A stretch of 64,000 nucleotides of DNA. Origin: an uncultured Lentisphaerota bacterium (lineage in GTDB: Bacteria; Verrucomicrobiota; Kiritimatiellia; CAIQIC01). Location: contig CAIWHP010000042.1 of the NCBI GenBank assembly GCA_903912445.1, forward strand, positions 8,907-72,906. The letters run 5' to 3'. Shown piece after piece: positions 47,825 through 56,766 of this stretch. The notes beneath the pieces were generated by a model. The model saw nothing but the letters and a program-made list of their open reading frames with translations, was not told the origin of the DNA and searched no databases. Made by a program: the position numbers and the translations under genes. Numbering within the stretch: the first letter of the stretch is position 1; each line of letters starts with the position of its first letter.

Positions 47825-48222
47825 TCCTGGTGGATTCCACCGTCTACATTGACCTGCTGCGGCAGCGGCAGGATCCGCGCGCCGCACTGGCTCAACTGTT
47901 GCGCAACGGCGGACTGGGCTGCTGCGAAATTGTCAGACTGGAAGTGCTGCGCGGTATCATCGCGCCCGCTTTCCGCGCCGAGATGGAGGCTTTCTTCGAC
48001 TTGGTTCCGGCACTCCCTTTGAGTCCCGCCGTCTGGCGCCGCGCTCTGGACCTGGGTTGGTCGCTCGACCGTAAAGGTGAAGTCCTGCCGCTGACCGATC
48101 TGCTGATTGCGGCCTGCGCTTTGCAGCACGGCGCGGCACTGGTCAGCAACGATCGACACTTTACTCGTATCCCCAACCTGAAGCTCTGGAAGAATCTACC
48201 CGTGTCGCCCACGCCGTTGTAA
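47821..48222 (+). CDS. vapC: VapC PIN-domain toxin
   Basis: Motifs MILVDSTVYID, LEVLRG, DLLIAACA, NDRHF. Confidence 0.9.
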   Translation: MILVDSTVYIDLLRQRQDPRAALAQLLRNGGLGCCEIVRLEVLRGIIAPAFRAEMEAFFDLVPALPLSPAVWRRALDLGWSLDRKGEVLPLTDLLIAACALQHGAALVSNDRHFTRIPNLKLWKNLPVSPTPL

Positions 48223-48371
48223 CCAGAAATGGTCGCGTCCGCACGGAGCATGGTGCCGCGTGTGGGCCGTAGCAGTGTGCGGATTGTGGCGGCAGGCATC
48301 TCGTGTTCCAGACACCTGCCCCCACAGGTTTTTATCCCGTGGTAGCCAAGCCAGACAGCCCTACGGCGTGC

Positions 48372-49655
48372 TCAGGGCTTGTCGTCGCCGCCGAGGGCGG
48401 GCGGGGCGTTCTTCAGGCGGTAGAGGACCTCGCCCGCCTTGGGCACGTGGAGGATGCCTTCGGCCTCGCGGTTGGCGTAGTCGGCGGGGTTGATCGTCGC
48501 CGGGTCCATGTAGCCGAGGTTGATCTGGCGGCAGGTGGCCTCCGGAATGCCGGTGGCGAGGATGACCTCGATGCGCGCCTTCTCGATGCCGTTCTCGTAG
48601 GTGCCGATGCCCTTGACGTGCGTCGAATGCGCCAGCACGCCCCACGGGTGATGCTTGAACTGGTCCCACTGCTTGAGGAAGTAGTCGCGCGTGTGGTAGC
48701 CGACGGCGCGGATGGTCTTGTCGTGCGCGACGGCGATCTCGTGGATGTGCGGGGCGTAAATGATCAGCTTGCCGCCGTCGGCGACGACGGGCTCGAGCTT
48801 GTACATGCACTTGGCGCCGACCCACAGCTCGTCGTACATCTGCGGCGCGCAGGAGAGGACGGTGTGGAATGGCTGGTCCTTGAACTCCACGTGGATCTGG
48901 CGCGAGAGGTCGGCGGCCGCGCTCCAGGCCTCCTCCGGCGTCCCGGCGTAGAGGCCCGCGAGGTCGCCGTGGCCGCGCACGACCATGCAGAACGCGCGCC
49001 GCTCGATCTTCAGCAGCGTCGCCGCGCGGTCCACCACCTTGCGCACCGGCGTCCACTTGTTGCCGATGATGCGCGGGTTGCTGATGACGGCGCCGAGCCA
49101 GTGGAAGAAGTTCAGGATCTCCTCGCCCGCGATGCCGGGGAAGATGTACTTGTTGCCGCCGGAGAAGCCGACGACCTCGTGCGGGAAGACCGGGCCGAGG
49201 ATCAGCAGCAGGTCGTAGTCCTTGATCATGCGGTTGACCGAGACACCGACCTCCATCTCGAACAGGCCGCCGGTCAGCTCGCGGATGTCCGCGTGGCGCA
49301 GCCGTCCGACCTCCATCAGCGCGGCAGGATTGTTCCAGTCGTGGTTGAAGAAGCGCGTCTTCGAGAACTTGGTCGCGTGCTCCGCGGCGGTGATGCCGAC
49401 GCGGTGGCAGATCGCCTCCATGCTCATCGCCGGGTGCGTGCCGAGGGCGACGAGCACGTCGAGGCACTGGGCCCGCGGCGCGACGGCGTCATAGACCTGG
49501 CGGTAGAGCCGGTCGAGCGGGCACGAGCGCGTGTGGTCGGGGATCAGCGCGAGCACGCGCTTGCCGTCGAGCTGCCAGCTGGCCGCCGCCTGCTGCACGA
49601 TCGCCGCGGATTCCGCCGGCGTCAGAAACCGGTTTGCAAAGCCTTGTCCGTTCAT
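48372..49655 (-). CDS. Lactate racemase (LarA) superfamily protein
   Basis: Motifs LIPDHTR, ALGTH, NHDW, PHEVVGFSGGNKYIFPGIAG. Confidence 0.85.
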   Translation of the reverse strand: MNGQGFANRFLTPAESAAIVQQAAASWQLDGKRVLALIPDHTRSCPLDRLYRQVYDAVAPRAQCLDVLVALGTHPAMSMEAICHRVGITAAEHATKFSKTRFFNHDWNNPAALMEVGRLRHADIRELTGGLFEMEVGVSVNRMIKDYDLLLILGPVFPHEVVGFSGGNKYIFPGIAGEEILNFFHWLGAVISNPRIIGNKWTPVRKVVDRAATLLKIERRAFCMVVRGHGDLAGLYAGTPEEAWSAAADLSRQIHVEFKDQPFHTVLSCAPQMYDELWVGAKCMYKLEPVVADGGKLIIYAPHIHEIAVAHDKTIRAVGYHTRDYFLKQWDQFKHHPWGVLAHSTHVKGIGTYENGIEKARIEVILATGIPEATCRQINLGYMDPATINPADYANREAEGILHVPKAGEVLYRLKNAPPALGGDDKP

Positions 49656-49742
49656 ATGCGCGTTCCTCTCGATTGAATCGCGGAAAACCTAGCGGTGCGG
49701 GCGGCGGCGCACAAGGAAAAAGCCGCAGAGCGCGAAGCGCGC

Positions 49743-49777
49743 GTCAGTTGTCAGTGGTCATTAGTCGGTGGTCGGCA
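49743..49777. repeat. Degenerate heptamer tandem repeat (GTCRGNN x5)
   Basis: GTCAGTT GTCAGTG GTCATTA GTCGGTG GTCGGCA. Confidence 0.6.
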
Positions 49778-49847
49778 ACCATTGGTCAGGTGCTCTACTG
49801 GAGGGGGTGGGATTGAGTCGACAGTCCCGGGGGGATAGGATGGCGCG

Positions 49848-50633
49848 ATGAACCGATGGGTACAAGGGCTGGTCGTGGCCCTGCTGGCGGCGCAGGCCGC
49901 GGGCGCGGCGGCGGGCGAGCGGATGATGGCGGAGGGCAGCAACATCTTTGCGCGCGCCACGGCCGTCTGCTACCGCCATCTCAACGTCCCGGCCAGCGCG
50001 CAGGTGCGCTGCGATCCGCAGGGCGACTGGATTTCCAGCAACGATTGCTCCGGTTTCGCCAGCTTCATGATCCACCGCGTCGCGCCGCGCGCCTATGCCA
50101 GCGTGCTGGCCGGCGAGCAGAAATACAAACATGTGTGCTCCATCACCTACGCCCTGTTCTTGCAGGGCCTGGAGACCAACCGCACGGCGGTGGGCTGGCA
50201 GCACATCGCCACGTGGCGCGAGCTGCGGCCCGGCGATGTCATCGCGTGGTCGTCCCTGCCCAGGACCAACAAGGAGCACCAGGTCAAGAGTGCCAGCCAT
50301 GTCCTGCTGGTGGCGCAGCCACCGACCGGTCCGCACGAAGCAACGGTGGACGGGAAAAAGTTCCGCTATGTGAGCGTGCCGGCGCTGGACAGTTCTTCCG
50401 TGAAGCATTTCCCGCCGGAAACCTATCCGCCGCACGCCGGCCAGACCGCGCGCAACGGGCTGGGTTACGGGACCGTCCGCCTGCTGCTCGACGACCACGA
50501 CCGGCCCAGCGGTTACTGGGAGGGCACGTGGTGGGGCGAAGGTCAGACGCCCATCCGCCGCCCGACCCGCACGCCGATCCTCGGCTTTGGCCGGCTGGTG
50601 GATGATCCGGCGGCGGCGCCAACGCCCCGTTGA
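49848..50633 (+). CDS. Secreted NlpC/P60-like (papain-fold) protein
   Basis: Signal peptide. Motifs DCSGF, LRPGDVIAW, SHVLLV. Confidence 0.6.
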   Translation: MNRWVQGLVVALLAAQAAGAAAGERMMAEGSNIFARATAVCYRHLNVPASAQVRCDPQGDWISSNDCSGFASFMIHRVAPRAYASVLAGEQKYKHVCSITYALFLQGLETNRTAVGWQHIATWRELRPGDVIAWSSLPRTNKEHQVKSASHVLLVAQPPTGPHEATVDGKKFRYVSVPALDSSSVKHFPPETYPPHAGQTARNGLGYGTVRLLLDDHDRPSGYWEGTWWGEGQTPIRRPTRTPILGFGRLVDDPAAAPTPR

Positions 50634-50707
50634 TGTCAGGTTCCCGCAGAACAACAGCCGCAGATCACACCACGACTCAGCGTGAGCCCGAACTGCAGCG
50701 TGGGGGC

Positions 50708-51850
50708 TCAGGCGCGCAGGCGCAGGATCGCGGCGGCGGCCGCCGCGTCGATGTCGCCATGCTCGCCAAAGGCGTCGCCGCGCGCGGCAAACCGCGCGCC
50801 CACTTTTTCGGCGGCTTCAGCGGCGTCGATGGAGTAAGCGCTCAGGCGTGTCGGCATGCCGATATCGAGGAAGAATTGCTCGGTCCGGGCGATGGCGGCT
50901 TCGGCGGTCTTCACGCCCCAGACCCGCCGGCCGTACTGCTCCAGCTTGGCACGCTTGGCGGCCAGCTTGTACTTCCAGACGCCGGGCATGACGATGGCGA
51001 GCGTCTCGGCGTGGTCGGGGCCGTAGAACGCCGTCAGCTCGTGGCCGATCATGTGCGTGGCCCAGTCCTGTGGCACGCCGCAGCCGAGCAGCGTGTTCAG
51101 CGCGAGCGTGGCGCTCCACATGAAGCTGGCGCGCGCCTCGTAGTTGCGCGGCTTGCCCAGCGTCACCGGCGCGACCTCGACCAGTGTCTGCAGCACCGAC
51201 TCGGCGAGGCGGTCCTGCAACGGCGCGGCCGCCGGGAAGGTCAGGTATTGCTCCATCGTGTGGGCGAAGGCATCGACGATGCCGTTACGCACAAATTTCC
51301 TGGGCAGCGAGAACGTCGAGGTCGGATCGAGCACCGAGAACGCCGGAAAGACCAGCGCCGAGGTGAAATGCAGCTTCTCCTGCGTCGCCGCGCGCGAGAT
51401 GACGGAGTTGCCGTTGGCCTCCGAGCCCGTCGCGGGCAGCGTCAGCACCGTGCCCACCGGCAGCGCGGCAGCGACGTTCGCGCCGTGCGTCTCCAAGATG
51501 GACCACGGATCGCGGCCCTTGAACACCGCCGCCGCAGCGATGAACTTCGCCGCGTCCAGCACCGAGCCGCCGCCGACCGCGAGGATGAATTTGACCTTCT
51601 CCTTCTTCACCAGCGCGACCGCCTTGAGACAGGTCTCCAGCAGCGGATTCGCCTCGATGCCGCCGAACTCGACGACACGATGTTGCTTGAGTGCGGTTTG
51701 GACCTGCGCGTAGACGCCGTTGCGCATGATCGAGCCGCCGCCGTAGAGCAGCAGCACGGGTGTCTTGGTCGGCACGCGCGAGGACAGCTCCGCGATCATG
51801 CCTTTGCCGAAGAGGATCTCCGTCGGGTTTTTATACGTGAAGTTCTGCAT
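50708..51850 (-). CDS. Iron-containing alcohol dehydrogenase, YqhD/BdhA-like
   Basis: Motifs NPTEILFGKG, AVGGGSVLD, TLPATGSE, DWATHMIGHELTA..DHA. Confidence 0.92.
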   Translation of the reverse strand: MQNFTYKNPTEILFGKGMIAELSSRVPTKTPVLLLYGGGSIMRNGVYAQVQTALKQHRVVEFGGIEANPLLETCLKAVALVKKEKVKFILAVGGGSVLDAAKFIAAAAVFKGRDPWSILETHGANVAAALPVGTVLTLPATGSEANGNSVISRAATQEKLHFTSALVFPAFSVLDPTSTFSLPRKFVRNGIVDAFAHTMEQYLTFPAAAPLQDRLAESVLQTLVEVAPVTLGKPRNYEARASFMWSATLALNTLLGCGVPQDWATHMIGHELTAFYGPDHAETLAIVMPGVWKYKLAAKRAKLEQYGRRVWGVKTAEAAIARTEQFFLDIGMPTRLSAYSIDAAEAAEKVGARFAARGDAFGEHGDIDAAAAAAILRLRA

Positions 51851-51870
51851 GTTGATTTCCTGGTTGAATT

Positions 51871-52857
51871 TTATTCCACAAACAACGCTGCGCTGGCCAC
51901 GGAAAAGCCGACACCCTTGGCCGGATCGGCCAGGGCGGCGGTTCCAATTTCGCCGCCGCCATAAAAGCCAAACAGCGGAACCTCCGGCGCAATGGCCAGC
52001 ATCTGTGCGAACTCGTCGGCGAGTTTCTTCTGTTTGAACAATTCGCCGCGCCGGCCGCCGCAATCGAAGACGAGCACCAGCGCCGGCTTGCCGGGCTGGG
52101 CCTTGACGGCCTTCGTCAGCGATTCCCCGGCCTTGGCCACGAGGTCACCGTTGCCGCCGCTCAGGCCGACGCCAAGCTTGAAGCCCCCGGTGATCAACAC
52201 GGCCACATTGGCGCCGGTCACCACCTCACCCTTGACGATCTCCTTGGCGCTGCCGCCACCCGCCGCCGCGCCGACCACAGGCACATTGCCGCCCAGCGTC
52301 TTGAGCAGGGCCTCCACATACGGCTGGTTGGAGCCCACATGCTGGTTGCCGAAGGTGAAGATCAGCTTGCTGCCGCTGGCGGCATCCACGGCCGCTTTCA
52401 GTTGTTCGCCGATACGCCGGCCGCACGCTGCGAAGCCATCCTTGCCGTCTTCCTTGCGTACGACATCCGCGACCAGCTTCATGTCGGCCTTGCCGCCAAG
52501 CGCCAGCACGGTCACACCGCTTTTGATCTCGTGGCCCTGGTCCGCAAAATTACCCGCCGCCGTGAGCGGCGCATAGCCTTCGCAGCCGGAGATCAGCGCC
52601 TTCTCGAATACTTCCGCCACGCCGCTGACCAGTTCCGGTGTCAGTTGCTTCCGTGCCGCGAAGACCACGATCAGCTTCGGCGACTCGCCGCCCAGCGCGG
52701 TCTTCGCCAGTTTCGCCGCCTCCGCGCCCGCCGCCCTGGCATCGACCAGCGCCGAGGCACCCGTGCCCGCCACCAATGCACGCGATGGTTCGGCCTGTGC
52801 CGTCAGCGCCAGCACAACCGCTGTGCCCAGCGTCCCTGCAAAGAGTTTCATGTTCAT
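51871..52857 (-). CDS. FIST domain protein with N-terminal signal peptide
   Basis: AGGAG RBS. Motifs PVVGAAAG, LVFDCGGR, PLFGFYGGGEIG. Confidence 0.75.
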   Translation of the reverse strand: MNMKLFAGTLGTAVVLALTAQAEPSRALVAGTGASALVDARAAGAEAAKLAKTALGGESPKLIVVFAARKQLTPELVSGVAEVFEKALISGCEGYAPLTAAGNFADQGHEIKSGVTVLALGGKADMKLVADVVRKEDGKDGFAACGRRIGEQLKAAVDAASGSKLIFTFGNQHVGSNQPYVEALLKTLGGNVPVVGAAAGGGSAKEIVKGEVVTGANVAVLITGGFKLGVGLSGGNGDLVAKAGESLTKAVKAQPGKPALVLVFDCGGRRGELFKQKKLADEFAQMLAIAPEVPLFGFYGGGEIGTAALADPAKGVGFSVASAALFVE

Positions 52858-52877
52858 CGTTTCGCTCCTCCCGTTAT

Positions 52878-55739
52878 TCAGAAAACTTTCCCGAAATTGC
52901 GCTCCTGTGGAATGGCGACGCCGCCGGGCATGTCCATGCGCGGACGGGCCTGCAGCGCGGCTTTGCCTTTTTCCAGCGCCTGGAGCAAGGCCTGATAGAC
53001 CGGGTCATGGGTGTCGCGGAACAGCGGCGGCTTGCGTCCCTCGTCGGCCGTTGCAAGGCCGAGGCCGCCGGCTTCGCGCGCGAGGTGCGCGTTGAGCACA
53101 CGGCTGAATTCCGGCCGCGTCAGGTTGAGCCAGCGGTTGTGCGGATAGAGGCCGTGGCGCGCGCGGCGTGTGCCGGCGCCAAATTCACCATGGCACGAGG
53201 CGCACTGCGCGGCGAACACCGCCCCGAACTCGGCGAACCACGGTTCCGGCTGCGGGGGCACGCGCTGGTTGTTGGCCACGAAGTGCCACGGGTCGCGGCC
53301 GCCCTGCGTGTGGGGGCGGCTCATGTCCCACGTGCCGTAGTACGGCGCATTGGCGTCGATCCACGCGAACACGCCCCGGCGCTCGACATCGGTGAGCTTC
53401 ACTTCATGGTGATTGGTCTCGACCAGCGTGGTCAGCCGGCTGATCCACGAACCGCTGCCCATGGCGGGGAACACGCCGGTCGGACCGGGATTGATGAAAT
53501 AATAGTCCACCATCCGGCGTGCCATCAAGTGGTCGAAGGACATGTTGAAGAAGCGCGTCTTGTCGCCGGACAGATCAAGGTCGGCCTTGGGCGCGCGGCC
53601 GGAGTGGCAGGCGACACAGTGGCGGTCCCACACCGGCTGGACCTGCCGGACGTAGTCCACCGGCCCCGCTCCCCAGGGCGGCGGAACAAGCGCGTCCGGT
53701 CCGCGCGCGAGCCGCGCGGCGCTCTTGGTCGAGACCGGCGGCGCCTGGAGCCGGTCCTCGTGGCAGCCGACGCACGAGACCTTCTCGCCGGCCGTGACCT
53801 GCGTCACCGAACCCATGCGCTGGATTTCCTTGCCGCGCGCGTCGAGCGCGATGAAATAGAGTTCGCAGTTCGAGGGCGCGGTGAAATAGGCCGAACCGTT
53901 TGCGTCCACGGGGGCCTCGCCGAGGATTTCCTTCACATAATAGCTGCCGTAGCCGATGAGCGGATAGTGATCGTGGAAGCGCGGGCCCTCGGTGTTCCAT
54001 TTCTTCGGCGTCTGCCGCAGCACGCGCAGCGCCTTGACCGCGCCGCGCGCCACGCCCTGCTGGAGCAGGCCCTGGTAGACATCCTGCACAAAGAACGTGC
54101 CCATGCCCGGTTCGACGGGGCATTGCCCGCCGATGACAACGCGCGGCAGTTCGCGCGGCGCGAGCGCCACCGGCGCGAAGAAGCTTTCGCCCTCGCGCGC
54201 CCACACGGGGAAGCGCGTGCCGTCGTAGCGGCAGAGGCAGATGCGGAAGCCCGCCGCGGGCCGCGCGTCATTGCCAATGGCGGCGAGGAACAGACCGTCG
54301 GCCAGCGGCCACGGGTCGGTGGCGGCCTGCGCGTAGAAGATATCGCCCGGTCCCCAGTTCGTGTCGCGCCACGTCCGGCCCTTGGTGGGCTGCAGCGGCG
54401 TCTCGAACGTCACCTTGCGGAGGCCCGCGAGCTCCTCGAGCCCGGCGCTACGGTCCACGAGTGCGATGTCGCTGATCGGCGGCAGATGGTGGCCCGCCAT
54501 CGTGATCAGCACCTGGTCGGTGCCCGGCACGGGCCGCCCGCCGTAGCGCGAGTTCGGGATGGTGAGCGTGTTGCCATAGTAGAGCTTCAGGTTGCGGCCG
54601 TCGGGATGGATCGTCCAGAGGCCCTGCCAGGAGAAGATGTTCTTGTCGTTATATTCCCAGCGCGAGCAGAGGATTGTGCCATCCGGCAGCACGGCGGGCG
54701 TGCAGGTGCAGAGCGTGGTGAAATCGATCCGCCGCAGGTTGCCGCCATCGGCGTCGCAGATGTGCAGCGCCGCCGCGAGAAAATCCTGGCACAGCGAATA
54801 GCTCTCGACGCGCGACGAGCAGAAGACGATGCGGCCGTCGGGATAATAAACCGGATTGAAATCATGGTACGGCCCCTTGGTGACCTGCCGCAGCCCGGTG
54901 CCATCGGCGTTGATTTCCCAGACGTGAAAAGGCTGGTCGTTCGCTTCCTTGTAGCTCATCAGCAGCTTCGTGCCGTCCCAAGAGGGGCTCAGGTCCCAGA
55001 TAAACCCATCCGTGGTCTCGAAGATGACCTGCGGCGGCTGCTGGGGGTGCGCGGGGTCGAAGACCATCAACGCCGAGCCGCGGTCGGTGCGGTGCGAAAA
55101 CATCGTCGCATTCGTGCCGCGCAGCCCGTGCGAACGACGCCGGACGAATGCGATACGCGGCAGCTTGCCAACCTGCGCCGCGCGCGCCTGCTCATAGAGC
55201 GCCGCGAACTGCGGCAGCGGTTCCTGCCTCTGCACCATCGAGGTCGGCAGATACTTCTGCGCCAATCCCTGCACGGCTTTCCGCGCCGTCGCATCGTTCG
55301 TGGCCGTCGCCCACTCCAGCCAGGGCACGCCGGCGCACGCCTCGAATGTCGCGAGCTGATCGGGCTGGCGCGCCTTGACCTCGTCGCGCAGGCCCGGGGC
55401 CGGACTGGCGTTTTGCAGCGCCAGCACCTTCGCCCGCCCCGCCAGCATCGTCGCGGGGAAATCCGGCGCCTCCGCGCGCGCAGCAAACGCGCCGGCCAGC
55501 AACAGCCAGAGCGGGAGGGCGAGCCGCCATGCAAACCGCCGCTGTAGCGGCGGTCTGTGACCGCCGCCTGCAACCGCCCTCCGCCACCCCGCCCACAGAA
55601 GACATTTCCAGCCAACCCGTGAGGTCGGTTTTCCAAGCATTGGAAAAGGAAACCGGTGGTTTTTCCAAAGCTTGGAAACCGGTGAAACGTGAGCACCGAA
55701 CAGCGAGGCCCGGAGAGAGGTTGTGTGCAACGACAGCAT
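52878..55739 (-). CDS. Beta-propeller/hydrazine synthase alpha middle-domain-like protein with three CxxCH motifs (start uncertain)
   Basis: TolB-like repeats (DFNPVYYPDGRIVFCSSR) and ILGEAPVDANGSAYF..YFIALD..GEKVSCVGCHE, plus CVACH and CASCH. Confidence 0.75.
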   Translation of the reverse strand: MLSLHTTSLRASLFGAHVSPVSKLWKNHRFPFPMLGKPTSRVGWKCLLWAGWRRAVAGGGHRPPLQRRFAWRLALPLWLLLAGAFAARAEAPDFPATMLAGRAKVLALQNASPAPGLRDEVKARQPDQLATFEACAGVPWLEWATATNDATARKAVQGLAQKYLPTSMVQRQEPLPQFAALYEQARAAQVGKLPRIAFVRRRSHGLRGTNATMFSHRTDRGSALMVFDPAHPQQPPQVIFETTDGFIWDLSPSWDGTKLLMSYKEANDQPFHVWEINADGTGLRQVTKGPYHDFNPVYYPDGRIVFCSSRVESYSLCQDFLAAALHICDADGGNLRRIDFTTLCTCTPAVLPDGTILCSRWEYNDKNIFSWQGLWTIHPDGRNLKLYYGNTLTIPNSRYGGRPVPGTDQVLITMAGHHLPPISDIALVDRSAGLEELAGLRKVTFETPLQPTKGRTWRDTNWGPGDIFYAQAATDPWPLADGLFLAAIGNDARPAAGFRICLCRYDGTRFPVWAREGESFFAPVALAPRELPRVVIGGQCPVEPGMGTFFVQDVYQGLLQQGVARGAVKALRVLRQTPKKWNTEGPRFHDHYPLIGYGSYYVKEILGEAPVDANGSAYFTAPSNCELYFIALDARGKEIQRMGSVTQVTAGEKVSCVGCHEDRLQAPPVSTKSAARLARGPDALVPPPWGAGPVDYVRQVQPVWDRHCVACHSGRAPKADLDLSGDKTRFFNMSFDHLMARRMVDYYFINPGPTGVFPAMGSGSWISRLTTLVETNHHEVKLTDVERRGVFAWIDANAPYYGTWDMSRPHTQGGRDPWHFVANNQRVPPQPEPWFAEFGAVFAAQCASCHGEFGAGTRRARHGLYPHNRWLNLTRPEFSRVLNAHLAREAGGLGLATADEGRKPPLFRDTHDPVYQALLQALEKGKAALQARPRMDMPGGVAIPQERNFGKVF
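55542..55566 (+). repeat. GTAG-type REP
   Basis: CTGTAGCGGCGGTCTGTGACCGCCG. Related copies at 61388-61438. Confidence 0.75.
55630..55678. repeat. 17-bp dyad doublet (period 32)
   Basis: TTTCCAAGCATTGGAAA 55630, TTTCCAAAGCTTGGAAA 55662. Confidence 0.93.
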
Positions 55740-55741
55740 CC

Positions 55742-55780
55742 TTCGATATTCGGTGTGGAGTGTTGGACGTTCGATGTTCG
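55742..55780. repeat. Degenerate heptamer tandem repeat (TTCGATG-like)
   Basis: TTCGATA TTCGGTG TGGAGTG TTGGACG TTCGATG TTCG. Confidence 0.6.
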
Positions 55781-55781
55781 C

Positions 55782-56582
55782 CTAGACCTGCGAGCCGGGC
55801 AGCGGCCGCAGGATCAGGTTGGTGATGTTCGAGACGGTGTCCTTGTACTGCGGGTCCTTGCTGAGCTTGGCCCACTCGGGATCGGCGCGGAATTTCTTCC
55901 AGCCGGCGTCGAGTGCGGCAGGGCTTTCGAAGCCGAGCATGTAGTGCAGGTTCGGCAGCTTGGTGCCGGCGACGGAGGAGCCGAAGAACACCGGGTGCAT
56001 GCCGAGCCGGCGGAAGAGCGCGATCTCGCCGCCCTCGTTGAACATCTGCACCTTGCGTGCGGCGCGCTCGCAGTTGTGGCTTTCGTAGATGCGGAGCTGG
56101 AAGACCCGGTCGGCGGCGTTGGTCGGCGTCTCGATCTTCGGGCACTGCGTGAAGGCGAGCATGAGCTGTGTCTCGATGCGCTGATAGACCGGATCCTTCA
56201 TCGGGGTACCGAGCACCGCCTGCTGGGCTGCGGCAAAGGTCGCATCGGCGGCGAGCCGTTTCGCGATCGTCAGCATGCTGGCGGCGTCCGGGAACTGAAG
56301 CAGGACGCGGATGATGAGCTCATCGGCTTCGAGCTTGGGATTATCGGCCTTCAGGACGCGGAACGCGCCGACGGGCGTGACGCCCGCGCGGTTCAACCCT
56401 GGGACCATGCTCTGGGCGAGGAAGTCGGCGAAGATTTGGAGTTTCGCCTCGTTGGCAAACGAGAGGGTGCGCAACTGGAGCAACTGCTGTGCGCCACCCG
56501 CTTCGGCCGCGCGCGCGCCGCGTCCCGCCGTGCCCGCCAACGCCGCCAGCCCCGCCGTCATGATGAATTCCCTGCGCTTCAT
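55782..56582 (-). CDS. NIPSNAP family protein, Tat-exported
   Basis: MKRREFI signal. Motifs FQLRIYES, KVQMFNEGGEI, PNLHYML, WKKFRADPEW. Confidence 0.85.
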   Translation of the reverse strand: MKRREFIMTAGLAALAGTAGRGARAAEAGGAQQLLQLRTLSFANEAKLQIFADFLAQSMVPGLNRAGVTPVGAFRVLKADNPKLEADELIIRVLLQFPDAASMLTIAKRLAADATFAAAQQAVLGTPMKDPVYQRIETQLMLAFTQCPKIETPTNAADRVFQLRIYESHNCERAARKVQMFNEGGEIALFRRLGMHPVFFGSSVAGTKLPNLHYMLGFESPAALDAGWKKFRADPEWAKLSKDPQYKDTVSNITNLILRPLPGSQV

Positions 56583-56687
56583 GTTGCCAGCCTTTCTTGT
56601 TGTTGATGCTGTTGAAAACGAACCCGGCCGCCATTTATTTCACAAAAGAATTTCACTGCGCACCGCCATGCAGGAGAACAGCGGAAC

Positions 56688-56750
56688 AGCCACGAAAGAA
56701 CACAAGGAGCACAAAGAAAGCCGCTGTGATCTTTGCGTTCTTTTGCGGCT
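56688..56750. repeat. Intergenic inverted repeat (CACAAAGAA-like subunits)
   Basis: AGCCACGAAAGAACACAAGGAGCACAAAG pairs with CTGTGATCTTTGCGTTCTTTTGCGGCT. Confidence 0.7.
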
Positions 56751-56766
56751 ATCACCTTTTCGGTTT

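Noticed and set aside
52878-55739. Hydrazine synthase/anammox function
   Set aside because: Only the shared middle-domain-like region is seen. No hzsB/C or other anammox genes are present, and such domains occur in non-anammox PVC bacteria.
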